DNA of 63,919 nt, filler included, from Octopus bimaculoides (lineage: Eukaryota): assembly GCF_001194135.2 (NCBI RefSeq). It is 7 parts of 7 records of this genome, joined end to end, with 100 filler letters (N's around TTAATTAATTAA, not from the genome) between each part and the next. Parts side by side here need not be neighbours in the genome. Positions count along the whole stretch, not along the records: positions 61,412 to 63,919 come from NW_026428409.1; 6 more parts are not named here. The stretch is one strand, 5' to 3'. A program made the translations under genes and the position numbers. Numbering within the stretch: the first letter of the stretch is position 1; every line of letters begins with the position of its first letter. The notes under the pieces are model-generated. The model was not told where the DNA came from. It made no database searches and saw only the letters and a list, made by a program, of their open reading frames with translations. Positions 62,131 to 63,919 of the stretch are shown here, piece after piece.

Positions 62131-63069
62131 TACTCATTGCAATATATAAATATGTGTGTGCGTGTGTAGTTGTGTGTGTATGTGTGTGTGTGTGTGTGTA
62201 GGTATGTATGTGTGTGTGTGTGTAGGTGTGTGTGNNNNNNNNNNNNNNNNNNNNNNNNNNNNNNNNNNNNNNNNNNNNNNNNNNNNNNNNNNNNNNNNNN
62301 NNNNNNNNNNNNNNNNNNNNNNNNNNNNNNNNNNNNNNNNNNNNNNNNNNNNNNNNNNNNNNNNNNNNNNNNNNNNNNNNNNNNNNNNNNNNNNNNNNNN
62401 NNNNNNNNNNNNNNNNNNNNNNNNNNNNNNNNNNNNNNNNNNNNNNNNNNNNNNNNNNNNNNNNNNNNNNNNNNNNNNNNNNNNNNNNNNNNNNNNNNNN
62501 NNNNNNNNNNNNNNNNNNNNNNNNNNNNNNNNNNNNNNNNNNNNNNNNNNNNNNNNNNNNNNNNNNNNNNNNNNNNNNNNNNNNNNNNNNNNNNNNNNNN
62601 NNNNNNNNNNNNNNNNNNNNNNNNNNNNNNNNNNNNNNNNNNNNNNNNNNNNNNNNNNNNNNNNNNNNNNNNNNNNNNNNNNNNNNNNNNNNNNNNNNNN
62701 NNNNNNNNNNNNNNNNNNNNNNNNNNNNNNNNNNNNNNNNNNNNNNNNNNNNNNNNNNNNNNNNNNNNNNNNNNNNNNNNNNNNNNNNNNNNNNNNNNNN
62801 NNNNNNNNNNNNNNNNNNNNNNNNNNNNNNNNNNNNNNNNNNNNNNNNNNNNNNNNNNNNNNNNNNNNNNNNNNNNNNNNNNNNNNNNNNNNNNNNNNNN
62901 NNNNNNNNNNNNNNNNNNNNNNNNNNNNNNNNNNNNNNNNNNNNNNNNNNNNNNNNNNNNNNNNNNNNNNNNNNNNNNNNNNNNNNNNNNNNNNNNNNNN
63001 NNNNNNNNNNNNNNNNNNNNNNNNNNNNNNNNNNNNNNNNNNNNNNNNNNNNNNNNNCATATGCTTTAA

Positions 63070-63270
63070 AATTGAGCGTTGGGCGATTACTGATCGTAAC
63101 AAATTTTGGCACAAGGCCAGCAATATCAGGGTGAGGATAAGTCAATTACATTGCCCCCCCCCACCCAGTGTTCAACTGGTACTTATTTTATCGACTCCGA
63201 AAGGATGGAAGGCAAAGTCGACTTCAGTGGAATTTGAACTCAGAGCATAAAGACGGACGCTAAGCATTTT
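63070..63270 (-). mobile_element. SINE family B
   Basis: GGTACTTATTTTATCGACTCCGAAAGGATGGAAGGCAAAGTCGACTTCAGTGGAATTTGAACTC. Confidence 0.9.
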
Positions 63271-63919
63271 TCACACACCGCATGATATTAATGAACGAGT
63301 GACAAGGGAACAGGAAACATGTAATCACTTCCATTAGCTTAAATGTTTAGCAAATGAATTGCATTATGAGATTCCTGTCCCATTCTCGTGTATCTATCTA
63401 TCTATCTATTTATCTCTCTGTCTATCTATCTGTCTATCATCTATCTATCCATCCCTCTAATGCATTTATATAAATTATAATATTATATAATATATATTTT
63501 GCTAGCACATAATGCATTAGCGACACATAATTATATGAAATATTTGATATCAATAAATTATCTAACATATATGAATAAATTATACATTTTCATGTAAACG
63601 TGCATAATTTATTCATGTATAATGCATAATCTCATGATATGAAATATTCCATATAATTGCTTATTAATAAAAAAAACACCACAATTTGAAAATGCTAGAT
63701 ACCTTTGTTTTCTTATAAAAAATACCGTATTTGATGACGGCACGGGGGTATTGAATGTACCCTAAATCCAACAGCGCATATTCCACAGAAAATGTTTTTA
63801 GCGCACTATGCACGTGGAAGTCCCAACTTAACATATAGGATTCGGGGGTGATGCTTTTGAATAAAGAACGTGTTGTGTACCATGAAACATGGTAAATATT
63901 TCTATAAATTTTTTTATTA

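Overview
AT-rich, gapped, repeat-dense eukaryotic DNA, most consistent with an octopus draft scaffold (inferred from the SINE families, the microsatellite load and the TTAATTAATTAA-padded 100-nt gaps). No complete gene is visible, and most supplied ORFs are translated microsatellites or N-gaps. The one clearly recognisable host coding piece is an isolated plus-strand CAP/SCP (CRISP/antigen-5-like) exon at 48889-48974. The first ~14.5 kb is strongly CpG-depleted and holds candidate exons of an unidentified, probably minus-strand gene, with a CpG-rich possible first exon near 15.2 kb. The rest is decayed mobile DNA: RTE, R4/Dong and CR1/L2-like LINE fragments; at least three tRNA-derived SINE families; Tigger, mariner, maT (DD37D), hAT, piggyBac, Helitron and MULE remnants; two fold-back structures; a telomere-like array; and degenerate hammerhead-like motifs. 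I find no rRNA, genuine tRNA gene or CRISPR array, and I cannot support a novel multi-gene system. Transposon boundaries are by-eye estimates (about +/-20 nt) unless TIR/TSD ends are quoted.
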